Part shown: piece after piece, positions 31,090 to 42,885 of the stretch
Numbering within the stretch: the stretch's first letter is position 1
How the letters are laid out: every line of letters begins with the position of its first letter
NCBI GenBank assembly: GCA_963535465.1
Contig: CAUSWF010000002.1
Coordinates: 64,606 to 128,605 of the forward strand
From: an uncultured Erysipelotrichaceae bacterium
GTDB taxonomy: Bacteria > Bacillota_I > Bacilli_A > RF39 > UBA660
Length of the DNA stretch: 64,000 nucleotides
Direction of reading: 5' to 3'
Notes under the pieces: generated by a model
Databases searched by the model: none
What the model was told of the DNA's origin: nothing
The model's input: only the letters and a program-made list of their open reading frames with translations
Program-made: the position numbers and the translations under genes

Positions 31090-31782
31090 ATGGTTTTAAT
31101 GAATAAAGGAACTATTACTAAATTTAAGAATTGGATTTTAGAAAATTCAAATCTTAAGCTTTTAGAGAGTAAATCTACTGAAAGTATATATCTTACAAAT
31201 GATTCTTTAAAAATTAGAATTTCTGACCATATACAGGGTTCAGATCGTTCTAATATTCGATTTGATATAAGTATATTTATTCCAGAAGAAAGTAAACAAT
31301 ATATAGTTTCTATTGGATATAAAATTTATATTTATAATACTTTACTCGAAGTAAAGAATTTGTTAATATCTGTATTTAGAATTAACTTAGGAATTGACAC
31401 TACTACTATTAATAAAGCTGTAAATAAACAAAAAGAAGCAAATAAAGAAATTAACAGTGCATTATCGCAACAAATAGCTAATTTATCTAAGAAAAATAAT
31501 AAGTATAAAGTAAGACTAGCTAAGCTTAGTGAAAAAGCAACTAAATATGATAAACTAACGAAAGTTCATAATAAAAAATTAAAAGAGTACCAAAAGCTAC
31601 AAGCAAAATGTGGTTCTTTTATGAATGATATTTCGAAAGCTAAAGATATAATATCTGAATTGCAAAATAATCCCGATGCTAGAAAAGCTATTCAAATCTC
31701 TGATAAAACTTATTATATTGATAATTTTCCTAAGGATATACAAGACTTATTAAAAGAATCAATTCAGTATTATAACCAATAA
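31090..31782 (+). CDS. hypothetical coiled-coil protein
   Basis: 230-aa ORF, Lys/Glu-rich C-terminal half. Confidence 0.4.
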   Translation: MVLMNKGTITKFKNWILENSNLKLLESKSTESIYLTNDSLKIRISDHIQGSDRSNIRFDISIFIPEESKQYIVSIGYKIYIYNTLLEVKNLLISVFRINLGIDTTTINKAVNKQKEANKEINSALSQQIANLSKKNNKYKVRLAKLSEKATKYDKLTKVHNKKLKEYQKLQAKCGSFMNDISKAKDIISELQNNPDARKAIQISDKTYYIDNFPKDIQDLLKESIQYYNQ

Positions 31783-31787
31783 AAGTT

Positions 31788-31858
31788 TGGGATATGGTGT
31801 AATGGTAACACAGCGGGTTTTGATCCCACTATTCCTGGTTCGAATCCGGATATCCCAA
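31788..31858 (+). tRNA. tRNA-Gln (anticodon UUG)
   Basis: tgggata-tg-gtgt/aatggtaa/cac(a)-gcggg/TT[TTG]AT/cccac-tatt-cctgg/ttcgaat/ccgga-tatccca-A. U1:A72 is a Gln hallmark. Confidence 0.65.
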
Positions 31859-33616
31859 CAAAATAATTTACTAATTAAATTAAAAAATTATGAGTAAGAA
31901 AAATTTTGTAAATCTTATGCAAAAAAAGCATAAGGAGTTTGTTCAGTTTGCTAATGCAACTAACTATTATAAAAAACATAATATTGAAAATTTTTTAACT
32001 AAAGAATACGAATAAATTATGGAAACAAGAGAATTAGTAATTACTATCCCAGAAGGATATGAAATTGATAAAGAAAATTCAACTTTCGAATGTATTAAGT
32101 TTAAAAAGAAAGTTAAGAAAATAGATACTTGGGATGATTTAGATAATATTTCTGGATATATGATAAATAATATGTCAGAAATTATTACTATACCTGTAAT
32201 TTCTGCAGAAGATATGGATAAAAATGTATTTATATCTGAAAAATATGCAAAAGCAGCATTAGCTTTAGCTCAAATCTCTCAGCTTATGCCTTATTATGGT
32301 GGTGAGATAACTGAAGAAGAGTGGAAAAATGTTAGGCTGAAAAAGTATGGAGTGTTATTGTACAATAGTAAAATAGCAACAAACATCTACTATGATACAA
32401 AACAAATGATTGGTTTCCATACAGAAGAACAGTTAAATAGATTTCTATATTTCCCAGAGAATATACAACTCGTAAAGGACTTATACATGGTAGGTTAAAA
32501 TAAAATAAAACAAAAATGTTGTAGGGATTTTGTACCTAAAGGGTTTTATTGAGGGTTAATAGATTACCTACTTTTTAAATATTATGGATAATTTAGAAAA
32601 TTATTGTAAATTCCACAAAAAAATTTATTTTATAGATACTAATGGAGTTATTTACAAATACATTTATAATAGAAATACTTTTATAAAATTAACTCATTGG
32701 TCTATGGGTGAGGATCGTAGAATTTCTATTGAATATTTATCTAAAAAATATACTAATAAAGAATTAAAAATCCTTACTTCACAAAAAGCTAATGAATTAA
32801 CTAACCAATATTGGAATAATCTTACCAGAGAATGGGAATATGATGGGAGAAAATATAAAGTATTATCTATAAAAGATGCACTTACTCAAAATATTGACCC
32901 TGAAGATGATGGTAAATTACATATTTTTCCTGAAGAGTATTTTAGATATTATGTCGGTTTATATCGAAATAGAATAATTTGGTATACTTATACTTCTTAT
33001 AATTGTTCTTGTTTAATATTTAAATTTGCAGATATAAATAAACAACCATCAGTACTTAATGATTTTTGTGGATATATTAGTAGGAAAGGTATTCAACCTA
33101 TCTTAGACTGTGAAACTAATGAATTTATTTAAAATATAATTATATAATGGACTGATTGTTTATGTTCGTTCAGTTTAAAAGAAGGATACAATATGTTGAA
33201 AACAACGGGAAAGCAATGTAAGTAATGAAGGCTTCGACACCGAACCAACTATATAATTTTAATTATGGGAAAACTTTTAAATCAATTAAAAAATTATTTC
33301 GAAAATACTCCTAAAGAAGTATTAGAGAAAGAAGCAAAAAAATTAGACTATCTCAATAAAATAGGTCCAGATGTTTTAGAGTATGCTAAAATAGTTAGAG
33401 GATATTAAATTTAATATATAAAAATGAATACAATACAAGCTATATTGGTTATTCCAATAATATTTCTTGGATGGGTTTATTTTGCAGCTATTACTTCTTT
33501 GTGGCAAGATTATGTTAAAATAAATAATGTGGTTATTAATAGTTTATTATACCTATCATGTATGGCTATATCTACTATTCCATTTATACATTTACTAAAA
33601 TTAATTTATTAAAAAT

Positions 33617-34684
33617 ATGAAAAAATTTATTATTTTTATGATGGCTACTATGTTTAGCCTCATCACCAATGCTCAAACAGCATTACAAACAACTAAAGTA
33701 CTTGATAATACCTATATTGGTATTAATGGCGGTGTTACTACTCCTATGAGTTTAGATAAAGCACTTCCACTTAATCCAACTTTTGGTATTCGAGTAGGCA
33801 AGGACTTTACTCCAGTTATTGGTATAAATGTAGAAGGAACTACATGGTTTGGTTCTAATTTTGATCTTAAAATTGGTAAGAATATGTTTAGAGCAGTTAA
33901 TGTAGGTGTAAATCCAACTATTAACTTAACTAATCTATTTAAAGGTTATAATGGATCTCCTCGTAAGTTAGAATTTATAACTGTAACAGGTCTTGGTTGG
34001 TTGCATAACTTTGGAAATTCCAATAATTATCTTACATCTAAGATGGCTATAGATATGGTATGGAATCCATGCTCATTCTTAAGTTTTTATATAGAACCTG
34101 GAGTATTTTGGAATCTTAATCAAGGAAAGAATCAATTAACAAAAGTTTCTGGATTCTATGATAAACCTATGAATACTATGCCTTATGTAATTCAAGATAT
34201 TACACAATATAATAAAGTACAATTTACTAAAAACGGTGCTCAGTTATTTGTAAATGTAGGTATTACTTATAAATTTAAGACATCTAATGGAACTCATAAT
34301 TTTAAATTGTATAATATTGGTGATTTAAATAATGAAATTAATTCTCTTAGAAATGAACTTAATAAGAAACCTACAGAGATAATTAAAACAAAAACTAATA
34401 CTGTTGTTAATAATGTAGGTACTTATGTAATATTCTTTGCACAAGGTAGTTCTGAACTTTCTAATGATGCTTTACGTACTCTTGATAAAGTTAAAGGAGA
34501 TGTTATAGTTGAAGGTTTCGCTTCTCCAGAAGGATCTGCTGAGTTTAATCAAACTCTATCTGAAGAACGTGCTAAAATAGTTACTACATTCTTAAAATTA
34601 AAGAAAGTAAATGTTATTGAATCTGTTGGAAGAGGTGCTACAAGTAATACTTCTAATAGAGTAGTAATTGTTACTAATAAATAA
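33617..34684 (+). CDS. OmpA-family outer-membrane protein (N-terminal beta-barrel region plus C-terminal OmpA-like peptidoglycan-binding domain) with Bacteroidetes-type signal peptide
   Basis: Signal MKKFIIFMMATMFSLITNAQ. C-terminal ...VIFFAQGSSELSNDALRTLDKV...VEGFASPEGSAEFNQTLSEERAKIVTTFL... (OmpA_C pattern). Confidence 0.6.
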   Translation: MKKFIIFMMATMFSLITNAQTALQTTKVLDNTYIGINGGVTTPMSLDKALPLNPTFGIRVGKDFTPVIGINVEGTTWFGSNFDLKIGKNMFRAVNVGVNPTINLTNLFKGYNGSPRKLEFITVTGLGWLHNFGNSNNYLTSKMAIDMVWNPCSFLSFYIEPGVFWNLNQGKNQLTKVSGFYDKPMNTMPYVIQDITQYNKVQFTKNGAQLFVNVGITYKFKTSNGTHNFKLYNIGDLNNEINSLRNELNKKPTEIIKTKTNTVVNNVGTYVIFFAQGSSELSNDALRTLDKVKGDVIVEGFASPEGSAEFNQTLSEERAKIVTTFLKLKKVNVIESVGRGATSNTSNRVVIVTNK

Positions 34685-34694
34685 TATTAAAAAA

Positions 34695-35159
34695 ATGAAG
34701 AATCTAATTTTATTTTTAATCTGTACTTTATTTTGTTTAACTTCATGTAAAGAACATTTTTCTGATGGAGAAAGAGTTGGCGTAGTAACTAAGTTTTCTA
34801 AAGCTGGAGTAGTTTGGGATTCTTGGGATGGACATCTTAATATTACTCAAACAGGAATGAACTCAGCTGGTGAACCTTTTGCTTTTTCATTAGATAATGA
34901 TAGAAACGATCAAGATTCTATTGTAGAGTTACTTACTGAAGCACAGCTTAAAGGTTGGAAAGTTAAACTTTTATATCATCAAGTTTGGGGTTTTAAGAAT
35001 GTTTTTCATAATAGAGGTGAATCTGATTACTTTGTTGATGGTGTAGAAATACTTGATAAGAATTTTTCAAAACCTTTAGAAATTATAAATAATAATAATA
35101 AAACTAAAGGAAGTGTTATTGATACTATTTACGTAGTTATTGATAAAAATAAACAATAA
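34695..35159 (+). CDS. lipoprotein (lipobox LTSC), unknown function
   Basis: MKNLILFLICTLFCLTSCKE... Start chosen at the internal Met of the listed ORF 34668..35159. Confidence 0.45.
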   Translation: MKNLILFLICTLFCLTSCKEHFSDGERVGVVTKFSKAGVVWDSWDGHLNITQTGMNSAGEPFAFSLDNDRNDQDSIVELLTEAQLKGWKVKLLYHQVWGFKNVFHNRGESDYFVDGVEILDKNFSKPLEIINNNNKTKGSVIDTIYVVIDKNKQ

Positions 35160-35954
35160 AAGTAGCTGAGTCTTATTAGTTCCTCATTCAAAGAACTATA
35201 ACTCTCCTTAGCTCAACTGCAAAGAGCAACTTTCTTCTAAAAAGTGGGTTACAAGTTGGAATCTTGTAGGAGAGACTAATTAGTACTTTATTTAATATGT
35301 TTAATATATTATTTTTTTATATTCTGTTATTTCTTTGTAGGATTTATATTGTCTCTTCCTTATATATACCTTACTGATAAATATTGTAAACTAAGTAAAT
35401 ATCGTATAGAAAATTTACCTTCATTTTTACTTATTTTATTTATCTGGCCCATATGTTGGACATTTATTCCTGTAATTATATTATTAATAATTCAACATAA
35501 AATTAAAAATTCATGACATTTGGAGATTTTAAAAACGAAATAACTAGAGTAATTGAAAATAGACCTAAAAATTGGAGAAAAGGTCAAACTGTATTTAATT
35601 ATATTGAATCGAAATATGATGTTGCAAGAAGTGTGCAATATAGTGATAAAATTGATTGTTTTTATGATGATTCTAAAATTGAAGAATTTATAAAAGCAGC
35701 ATATAAAAGAATTATTAATTCTTAAAACTATTAAAGCTTTTGACTATATTGAAGTCTGTTAGCAATAACAGTTATAATTTAGTAAAGAGGTTAAGACTTT
35801 CTGATGTGTAGAAAGTTTGGAGCCAACCTTATTATGGGTGAGGACTCTATTCCCATATTTTACATCTTTAGTAAGATTGTATTTCAAGATTAGCTATTCG
35901 AGAAAGTATTGCATATCTTGCGTATAGGTGGAAATATTCCACCTATTTTTATTT

Positions 35955-36273
35955 GGGGCTGTTTGGTTTTGATTGTATAAGGAAGTAAAAATAACATGCA
36001 AAGACTGATGGAAAGACATCAATTCAAATTAAATGCTAAGGTTATTCCTATGAACAGCTTTGCTGTTCGCATTGCAGCTTAATGACTGCCGAGCTGGTAA
36101 CTTGCTTAGGAACAGAAAAGTTACAAATTTATAATTAAGTTATCCCTTCTTTAAAAAGGAAATTTTCATATTGCTAAATAATATAAAGATGATGTAACAT
36201 CTATAAAAAACTAAGCATGTAAAATTATTTGAGGTATTTATACAAGACGAGAGTTCGAATCTCTCCAGCTCCA
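35955..36273 (+). ncRNA. ssrA: tmRNA (ssrA), phage-encoded
   Basis: 5' GGGGCUG pairs with 3' CAGCUCC-A (G3.U70 Ala identity). The 3' segment CUAAGCAUGUA...GAGAGUUCGAAUCUCUC-CAGCUCCAC is nearly identical to E. coli ssrA (GACUAAGCAUGUAG...GGGUUCAACUCCC-GCCAGCUCCACCA), recalled from memory. The tag-encoding region ...att gca gct TAA TGA c tgcc aligns with E. coli GCA GCU UAA UAA C CUGC, giving a tag ending ...AVRIAA**. Confidence 0.8.
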
Positions 36274-36376
36274 CTTTAGTTGGCTACTGACTACAAAATA
36301 GTAGATGACTTCTAGGGCCGTTCAACATGTAAACAACCTAGGTAATGGCATACCTGTTAAAATCAAAGCATGCTAA

Positions 36377-36406
36377 GGGTACTCATAAGAGTGCCCTTTA
36401 TTTTTT
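36377..36406 (+). terminator. rho-independent terminator
   Basis: GGGTACTC-ataa-GAGTGCCC followed by TTTATTTTTT. Confidence 0.55.
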
Positions 36407-36599
36407 ATATAAATCTAAAATAAATAAAGATAAAATTAGTAAATTAATATATGGAAGAATTAATAAGAGAATATGTCATTCCTATAAAACCTGTAGAAAT
36501 GATTGATTGTAGTTATCTACCCAACAAAAAGAGTAAATCACGTGCAGGGTCAACACCCTACGCAAGTAAGAGGAAAAATAAACATAAAAAGTAAATAGT

Positions 36600-37154
36600 A
36601 TGAAAATAGAATTACAATGTGATGATACAATCCCTATTCCTGAAGGTTGTAAAGCAGTTATCAAAGATGGAAATGTAGTATTTGAGAAAGAATTTAAGAA
36701 AGGAGATATACTTAGTTCTGGTAATATAATATTAATATTTAAAGAAACCCATGAAGATAATATAAGTCATTTTCGTTCCTATTATGATATTACTAACCAA
36801 GCTGACATCTGTTGGATTCCTGATAATGAGAATAACTATTGGGTTATAAAAGCTTTTCACCATGCTACTGAAGAAGAAAAACAGTTACTCTTCGATAAAA
36901 TGAAAGAGCAAGGACTGCTCTGGAATGCTGAAAAGAAGCGTGTCGAAAATATTAGGTGGAGAGCAAAGTATGACGAAAAATATTACTATGTTAGTACAGA
37001 AGGAATTGTATTAGAAGATACAGAAGGGTGTCATATTATTGATGATAATAGATATAAATTTGGCAACTATTTTCAAACAAAAGAACACGCAGAAGAAGCT
37101 TCTGATCGTATAAAAGAAACATTACAAAAATATCATGAAGATTTAGGATATTAA
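36600..37154 (+). CDS. hypothetical protein (184 aa)
   Basis: Intact ORF, standard code. Confidence 0.45.
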   Translation: MKIELQCDDTIPIPEGCKAVIKDGNVVFEKEFKKGDILSSGNIILIFKETHEDNISHFRSYYDITNQADICWIPDNENNYWVIKAFHHATEEEKQLLFDKMKEQGLLWNAEKKRVENIRWRAKYDEKYYYVSTEGIVLEDTEGCHIIDDNRYKFGNYFQTKEHAEEASDRIKETLQKYHEDLGY

Positions 37155-37847
37155 ACTATAGCTAGATTTAGACTTGTAGATGTAAATAATAATAGAAATA
37201 TTATAGAACATTATCGTTCTGAAATGTTTCCAGGTGATAAGGGGAATAAGGATTTTGACAAAGATTATGCTGACTGCTTGTAAAGATTCAGTGATGAACT
37301 TCATTTTGTAGATTATGAAAATTCTTCTCCTAATTTAGAAACTCAAATTACTTATGATGATAAAGTTTAGGATTATATGTCAGATCCTATAGAAGATTTT
37401 TATAACTTATAAATAATAAAATATGAATAATAAATTAAAATGTGTACCTTTTATCATTAAAAATGATAATAAAACACCATGTGGTTATGCTAATGGTTAT
37501 GTAGCTGTTCCTATAACTCATTCTTTATATGAAAGATATTATTTTGATGATGTTGAAGACTTTATAGATGTACATGGAGGATTAACTTTAAGTGAACATT
37601 TCGAGTCTTTTAGAAATGCTGATATAATTCCTTTAACTACTGATATTATATCTGAACATAGTTGGGTATTTGGCTTTGATACAAAGCACTACGATGATAA
37701 TAAACGTAATTGGGATAGATTAAATTGTATTGATGAGACTTTCAAGTTATTAAAACAATTAGAAGATTACGATAAAGAAAATTGATTTAAGTCAATTTGA
37801 TAAAAAATTTAATTTTACTATTTTTGAAAAAGTAAATTTAAATAAAT

Positions 37848-37921
37848 GGGTTAGGTAGTGTTAATGGTCAGCACGATTGTTTGTGGCACAATTAGTTTGA
37901 GTTCGAGCCTCAATTTAACCC
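37848..37921 (+). tRNA. tRNA-His (anticodon GUG) with G-1:C73
   Basis: g-ggttagg-ta-gtgt/taatggtca/gcac-g-attgt/TT[GTG]GC/acaat-tagt-ttgag/ttcgagc/ctcaa-tttaacc-C. Confidence 0.65.
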
Positions 37922-38087
37922 CAAATCCATCCTAATACTAAGTATTAACTAAAAATTAATAGCGATGATTAGAAAAATGAAAAAGTTAATTAAGAAATGT
38001 GGAATAATTTATGCTGAAAATTTCTATAAACTTAATAAAAAAGTAATAGACGCAGGATTATTTCCGCTTATCTAAAAAATTTAGATT

Positions 38088-38609
38088 ATGATTAGAAAAA
38101 GAAAAGTAAATTATCATTGTATTTACTGTCTTTGCATAGGAATCTTATTAGGAATTATTTTTAGTAATTCTAAAAAAGAACCTAATGCAAAAGATCAAAT
38201 TGAAATTAAGATGAATGTTATTAAGGATAGTGTTGTATTCGATACTATGATTGTTAAAAAACAAGTCATTACTAAGAAACTCACGTCAAATAGAGCACTC
38301 CCTCTTAACGAAAATAATTTGAGGAAAGTTTTAAAAGACAATAATGTATGCCAATCTCATATTGTTTTAGCACAAGCTAAACTTGAAACAGGTAACTTTT
38401 CTTCAAAAGTTTGTAAAACAAAAAATAATTTATTTGGACTTCGTAAGGGAAATACTTATAGAAGTTATTCTCATTGGTCTGAATCTGTTAAAGCCTATAA
38501 AAAACTTATTCAATCTAGGTACAAAGGAGGAAATTATTATTCTTTTTTAGATAGAATTGGATATGCAGGCGATAAAAGTTATACAACGAAATTAAAAGAA
38601 CTTGTATAA
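38088..38609 (+). CDS. membrane-anchored N-acetylglucosaminidase (GH73 / FlgJ-like glucosaminidase domain)
   Basis: N-terminal TM CIYCLCIGILLGIIF. Catalytic region ...VLAQAKLETGNFSSKVCKTKNNLFGLRKG... matches the glucosaminidase pattern AQA.LESGWG...NNLFGIK. Confidence 0.5.
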   Translation: MIRKRKVNYHCIYCLCIGILLGIIFSNSKKEPNAKDQIEIKMNVIKDSVVFDTMIVKKQVITKKLTSNRALPLNENNLRKVLKDNNVCQSHIVLAQAKLETGNFSSKVCKTKNNLFGLRKGNTYRSYSHWSESVKAYKKLIQSRYKGGNYYSFLDRIGYAGDKSYTTKLKELV

Positions 38610-39167
38610 AGTTCATAAGATTTATTATTATTAATTAAAATTTTTATTAAAATGAAGAAAATTATGATTGTTGCTGCTGTTTTTACAGCTGTAAGTTTTA
38701 CGTCTTGTAATCGTACTGCGAATAATTCTAAACAGACAGTAGATACTGTACGAATTGATACAGTACATACAGATTCTGTAAAATAATCACTAGCTAGCTT
38801 TAAGCTAGCTTTTTTCGTTTATATATGATTGCAATTATTTTTATTATAGGAATATTATTAGTAATATCTTATAAACCACATTTTGAAATAATAAATGGCA
38901 AGTCTTTAATATTATGGTATACAAATCTTAAGAAAGAAAGAAAATGGATCCTTATATTATAATATTTCTATTTCTTTTATTGATTGTATTAGTTACTCTT
39001 ACATTAATATATTATAATACTGATGATTATTTTATTGGTATAGTAATTTCTAAAACAAAAGAATATTATTATGTAGATAATTTAATCAGTAAGCAAGTAG
39101 TAAAATGTAAAAGTAATAAAGAGTATCAAATAGGAGATAGAGTAACTGCTTTTAGAAAATACTTAAC

Positions 39168-39602
39168 TTGGTATTTAGTATGATAAATTATACAATTTAT
39201 ACAGACGGTGCTTATAAACCTAGTTTAAATGCTGGAGGAATAGGTATCGTCTTTTTACGTAATGGGCAAAAAGTTTTTGAGCATTCATCTAAATATAAAG
39301 ATACTACTAACCAAAGAATGGAAATGCAAGCTGTATTAGTTGCTCTAAATTCTATAATAAAAGAAATTGACTCTCTTACAATCATTACTGATAGCATGTA
39401 TGTAGTAGGAACTCTTACTAAAAACTGGCAACGAAAAACTAATAATGATTTATGGAATAAATTAGATATTGCTTTAAGTAAAGCTAAAAAATTAGTTAAA
39501 ACACCTATACAATTTAAGCATGTTAAAGGTCATAATGGGGATAAATATAATGAACAATGTGATAAATTAGCAAGTGAAGCATGTTATGAAATTGAATGTT
39601 GA
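39168..39602 (+). CDS. rnhA: ribonuclease HI
   Basis: IYTDGA...NQRMEMQAVLVAL...ITDSMYVVG...FKHVKGHNGDKYNEQCDKLA. The canonical D-E-D-D RNase H residues are all present. Confidence 0.7.
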   Translation: MVFSMINYTIYTDGAYKPSLNAGGIGIVFLRNGQKVFEHSSKYKDTTNQRMEMQAVLVALNSIIKEIDSLTIITDSMYVVGTLTKNWQRKTNNDLWNKLDIALSKAKKLVKTPIQFKHVKGHNGDKYNEQCDKLASEACYEIEC

Positions 39603-42600
39603 TTTTTTAGTTAAATTAGCTAGTAAATGTGGTAAAGTTTATGAAGAAGAAATAAACAAAGCAGTAGAAGAAGGTAAGTTAATTACAGCTGCAGATGTTG
39701 TTCTTTTTCTTTCTTTACTAACAGATGATATTGTTGGCGGTTACTGTAAAGCTACTAAGTCAGATTATAAAAGTTTATTTTTAGATTATATTAAGTTTTT
39801 ACAAGGAGTAAAAAAAGAAATTGAGCAGAGAAAAGAAATTAATAGAGAAATCGAAGATTCTAATAAGTCAAATTGATGACCTTTTTAAAGATTCAGATTG
39901 TTCTCTTTTAGAAGTAATATATATTATATCAATGACTCTTTACATTTATTTTAATGTAAATGGTATTAATGTAGAAGATTTTGTAAAAGCTCTTTATGCA
40001 GCTGGTGATCACTTTAAAAAACAAAAGAATAATGAAATACAAACATAAATTAGCTGGTTTATTAGCTTACCAAAAAGCTTGGGAAGCAACAAGTTCAAGA
40101 CATCAAGATAGTACAACTAAACCAGGCTCTCAAAAAAAGTGGGGATGCGCACATCCTCATTCTGCTAAGTAAGTTATGATTATAAAAACTAATGATTATA
40201 TTCTTAAACAAATATCAGAAGATTCTTTATTTTGGGATTTAACTTTTTCTAAAGTAATTAATAAAGGTAAAGATACTGAAAGAATAGAATTTAAAGATCC
40301 TATATACGGAGTTACTATAGAATCGGCTAAAAAACGTATTGCTCTATGGCGTACTAATAAAAAATGTTCTGAAGAAATTACTCCACAAGAATTTAATAAA
40401 GTATATTCAAATGAAAAGCATTTAATTGAAAAAGAATTAATTGATTTATAATGAAGGCCATTGAAAAATTAGTTAAAAATTTAAATATATTATTTGATAA
40501 ACTTAACGACAAGTATGATATTAATTATGGAGGTTGTTGTTTTGTAGCTTATATCATTGCTAAAGAGCTAGAAAAAAGAGAATTATACGATTTTAATTTA
40601 CGTATATATGGTTATAATATATTTAATTATTCTGAACAAGAATTACGTAATAATATCATAAATAATATTGATGATGTTCCTTGTAAATATCATACTGTAT
40701 CTCACTATAGTATTGTATATAATGATATTTATGAAATTAATTCTAGAGATAATGATGAAGATTCTGATTTTATAGATATTTATAATTTAAATTCTTTTGA
40801 TATTAAACGTATTTACGATTATGGTGATTGGAACTGTGCTTATTCTATTAGTAATAATATATATGTAGAAAGATTTATTAAAATAATATTTAATAATTAT
40901 GATAAAGAAAGCAAAAATACTTAAATGTAAATTTTGTGGTTGTAAAACAACCCATTTTCTTACAAGTCAAGGAGAATACAAGTGTAGTACTTGTGGTAGT
41001 ACAAACAAAACTATAGCTATAAAAGATATAGTTTTTGAACCTGAATTTGATTTAGATACTAATAAAGAGGAAGCTCAAGAAGAAGTATCTGAATAATGCT
41101 TAGAGAATTAGATTATTTTCTCTATGAACTTAATATTTATAAAATATTTAGTAAAGAAAAAAGATGTGAATTAATCTATTCTAAATTCTATAAAAGCGGT
41201 AATGAATTGCCTGTAAAAATTAAAGTAGATTATTTTCCTAATAAAAAGAAACCAGAAATAATCTACGAAAAATCATTTAATTTAATAGGTGCTCCTAAAG
41301 ATTATATAGAGAGATTGCCTAAACCTAAAGAAAAAAAGAAGAAACATGAAAAAAGAAATCGTACAGTATGCAACAGGAAAGTTTAAGCATTTTGATGGTA
41401 AGGAACGTGAATTTACAGTTTGTATGGTGAGTATTTCTCCAGAAACAAACAACGATATGGAATCATATTACCAGAATATGGATGGAGATTATCTTTTTGA
41501 AAACGAATCTCATATCTATACTAAAGCATGTTCTAAAGGAATTATAGCAAAATGGGAACGCTATGTCAATTTTGGTATTTCTGTAAGAAATCCAAATGAT
41601 TCTTACAATGAAGACATTGCTAAGAAAATTGCTTATGGTAAGGCTAACAGTGTTAAAGGCTATACAGTAGCTTTTGATGATTTAGCTTTAATAAGTAAAG
41701 ATGTAGTTAATGCTCTCCTTAATAATTTTGTAAAAAAAGTTTCTAATGATCCTTCTTTAGCTATTCAGAACTATGAAGAACAAGAAGCATTATATAATGC
41801 TAAGAAAGCTAAAAAGGCTATGTTCAATAGTAATGACACGTTTTCAATATAACAAACTAATAGTATTAATTAGTATTACTGTTATTATATTCTTTGGTTT
41901 TTGGTACTATGGAAATTATAATAATAGTAATACTATAATACATCATTATAAAAAAGATTCTGTTTATTACCAAAAGCGGGATAGTTTGCATAAAGTTAAT
42001 GATACAATATCTACTAAAATACAAACAATAGAACATACTTATGAAAAGAAAATTGAAACTATTAAGCGTATGCCTATTGATTCCGCTTATATCTTTTGGG
42101 CAGACTATATCCAAAGATACAGGATTAATAATGACTCCGCAACAATTAAGAACTACTAATCTAATATTTTTGGAACATGAAAAATGGTCTAAACAAATTC
42201 CTCTTCTAAAACAGCAAATACAAAATTATCAAAAACTTGATAGTTTAGCTTATAAACATGATTCTTTACAAACACAGCAATTAATAGATTTAAATAATAC
42301 TATTGATTTACAAGAAAAAAAGATAAATAAATTAAAGAAAACTAAAAGTTTTGGTATTGGAGTAATAATTGCTTTAATATTAGGATTGATATGCAAGTAG
42401 TAAAGGATAAAAATGGAATTAAATTAAAATTTCCTGAAAGATCTTGTAAAGATTGTCGATCTTATCCTTGCATGCAAAATATGAATAAATTTAAATGTGA
42501 TATAGCTAAATATGGATGTAGAGGATTCAAAATTCATAACTCTACTAACAAGAGTTGAGGCTATATTACATGATTCCTCAGGATACACTACTTACATATT

Positions 42601-42885
42601 TAAAAATATAGATGATAAAGCCTCTTTTTTATATAAATATATAATGTGTACAAGATATCCTAATTGGGAACATAGAGGTTTAAAGATTGGCGAAGAAGGA
42701 TTTTTAACTTATCAACCAGTAAATGAAGGGATTGATAAATGGTTTGATGGTTATAATTTAGTCCCTTATAAATTTTCAGCAAATAGGTTTATCAATTTTA
42801 TTAGTAAACCTAACGAAAAAATAATAGATAATAAATATATAATGTAGATGAGATATTTAAGATATGTAAAAATTATAAGAAAAAC

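Noticed and set aside
36240-36273. An isolated tRNA 3' half (T-arm plus CAGCUCCA) that could be an attP core from integration into a host tRNA gene
   Set aside because: It pairs with GGGGCUG 310 nt upstream. Together with the tag-encoding frame this makes a complete tmRNA. There is no integrase nearby.
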